Source: an uncultured Christensenella sp. (GTDB taxonomy: Bacteria > Bacillota > Clostridia > Christensenellales > DTU072). Taken from it: 64,000 nt of DNA. Positions 63,213-64,000 of this stretch are shown one piece after another. The notes below the pieces were generated by a model, which was not told where the DNA came from, made no database searches, and saw only the letters and a list, made by a program, of their open reading frames with translations. Where the stretch lies: positions 95,944-159,943 of the forward strand of contig CAYQKV010000004.1 of assembly GCA_964418255.1 (NCBI GenBank), given 5' to 3'. The position numbers and the translations under genes were made by a program. The first letter of the stretch is position 1. Each line of letters starts with the position of its first letter.

Positions 63213-63926
63213 CTATTCAATCGGTTTTGTAAAATAAAACCACAATGCGTAATTATCGCCGTCGTCCCACTCCACAAACATTTCCTCATCGCCGAATATA
63301 CCGTTTCTATTCAATTGCGATTTATAAGGAAACGTCTTATGAAAAGAATAATCTTCGGGATATTTTTCGTTCGAAAATCTATTTCGAAGTAACTTTTCCA
63401 AATTTCCGTCCTGAACTTCTCCCATTAATACTTCGTTTACATTTTCCAACCGACAACATTCTATATCGTTTTCCCTAAAGAACGTTACGCTTGCCCTAAA
63501 CAAACGTTTCCGATTATTCATTTTTCTTTCATCCCCGCCATATGTCCATAACTCTATTTCCGTTATATCCTCTTCCGGCATATAAATTTCAAGTGTCCCG
63601 TAGCGTGTATCGTATCTTCCGCACAAATCGCAATTCAATCCAAAGAAAACTCTGTTTTCGAAGTTCAAATCCCGCTCGTATTTGCTTACTTTACATCCAT
63701 AATCGAAATTACGGAATTGCGTTAAGCAAGCGTTTACCGTCGTTTCAAAATCTTTGTCGTTTTTAATCAATTCAAATGCGTTCTCGTCTAAGTATATATC
63801 CCCGAAAGTGAAACCGAAACATCCGCCGTATCCTTGAATTTTCTCCAGGTTTTCTATTCCGTATCCATTTTGCGCTATTTTATATTGTTTCTCTAAATCA
63901 ATATCGTCTTTTTTCCAAAGAACCAT
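63213..63926 (-). CDS. Hypothetical protein (237 aa from the ATG at 63926; the tracked ORF begins at a TTG at 63974)
   Basis: The ORF is long and clean in an AT-richer context. GAAGAGG lies 6 nt before the ATG. I recognise no motifs. Confidence 0.55.
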   Translation of the reverse strand: MVLWKKDDIDLEKQYKIAQNGYGIENLEKIQGYGGCFGFTFGDIYLDENAFELIKNDKDFETTVNACLTQFRNFDYGCKVSKYERDLNFENRVFFGLNCDLCGRYDTRYGTLEIYMPEEDITEIELWTYGGDERKMNNRKRLFRASVTFFRENDIECCRLENVNEVLMGEVQDGNLEKLLRNRFSNEKYPEDYSFHKTFPYKSQLNRNGIFGDEEMFVEWDDGDNYALWFYFTKPIE

Positions 63927-64000
63927 ATAAAACCTCTTCTTATTATCGATTTTTCCCAATATCGTAGTTGTCAAAATTGCAAAGCATTTTTTTCTTTCTC

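Overview
This 64-kb chromosomal window looks like it comes from a Firmicutes/Clostridia-type bacterium. By eye it is roughly 50% GC, with strong GGAGG-type ribosome-binding sites and NCG-rich codon usage. Gene order is Bacillus-like: metG-tatD-radical SAM-rsmA, and rsmD/coaD next to ylbJ. I can support about 46 protein-coding genes, mostly on the minus strand.

Gene content:
- Housekeeping and central metabolism: dnaX, ybaB, recR, metG, rsmA, fumC, an aconitase-family hydratase, citrate synthase, an NfnAB-like pair, eda.
- Envelope genes: a GT4 glycosyltransferase, tagD, a GT2-TagF fusion, an M23 peptidase.
- An OmpR-type two-component system, an AbrB-like regulator with an ABC-2 exporter, and a Na/Pi cotransporter.
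- Three very large surface-protein genes: 1826 aa, 3972 aa, and a disrupted adhesin-like gene that runs in frame into an aquaporin.

I recognised no rRNA, tRNA, CRISPR array, transposase or integrase.

Observations most worth a second look:
1. The adhesin-aquaporin read-through locus, whose signal peptide sits in a different frame.
2. An AT-richer islet at the right edge. It encodes an alarmone-hydrolase-like HD protein, a NADAR protein and an unrecognisable protein, that is, antitoxin/immunity-type hydrolases with no toxin in view.
3. Families of structured intergenic repeats: about 109-nt palindromic units with compensatory stem changes, an 80-bp hairpin repeat, and a 45-nt motif present three times, two copies of which bracket a 3-kb module.
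4. A mazF toxin gene with only a start-less stub where mazE should be.
5. An orphan promoter-terminator pair that could encode a C-rich small RNA.

All functional calls come from motif recognition by eye. None was checked against a database.
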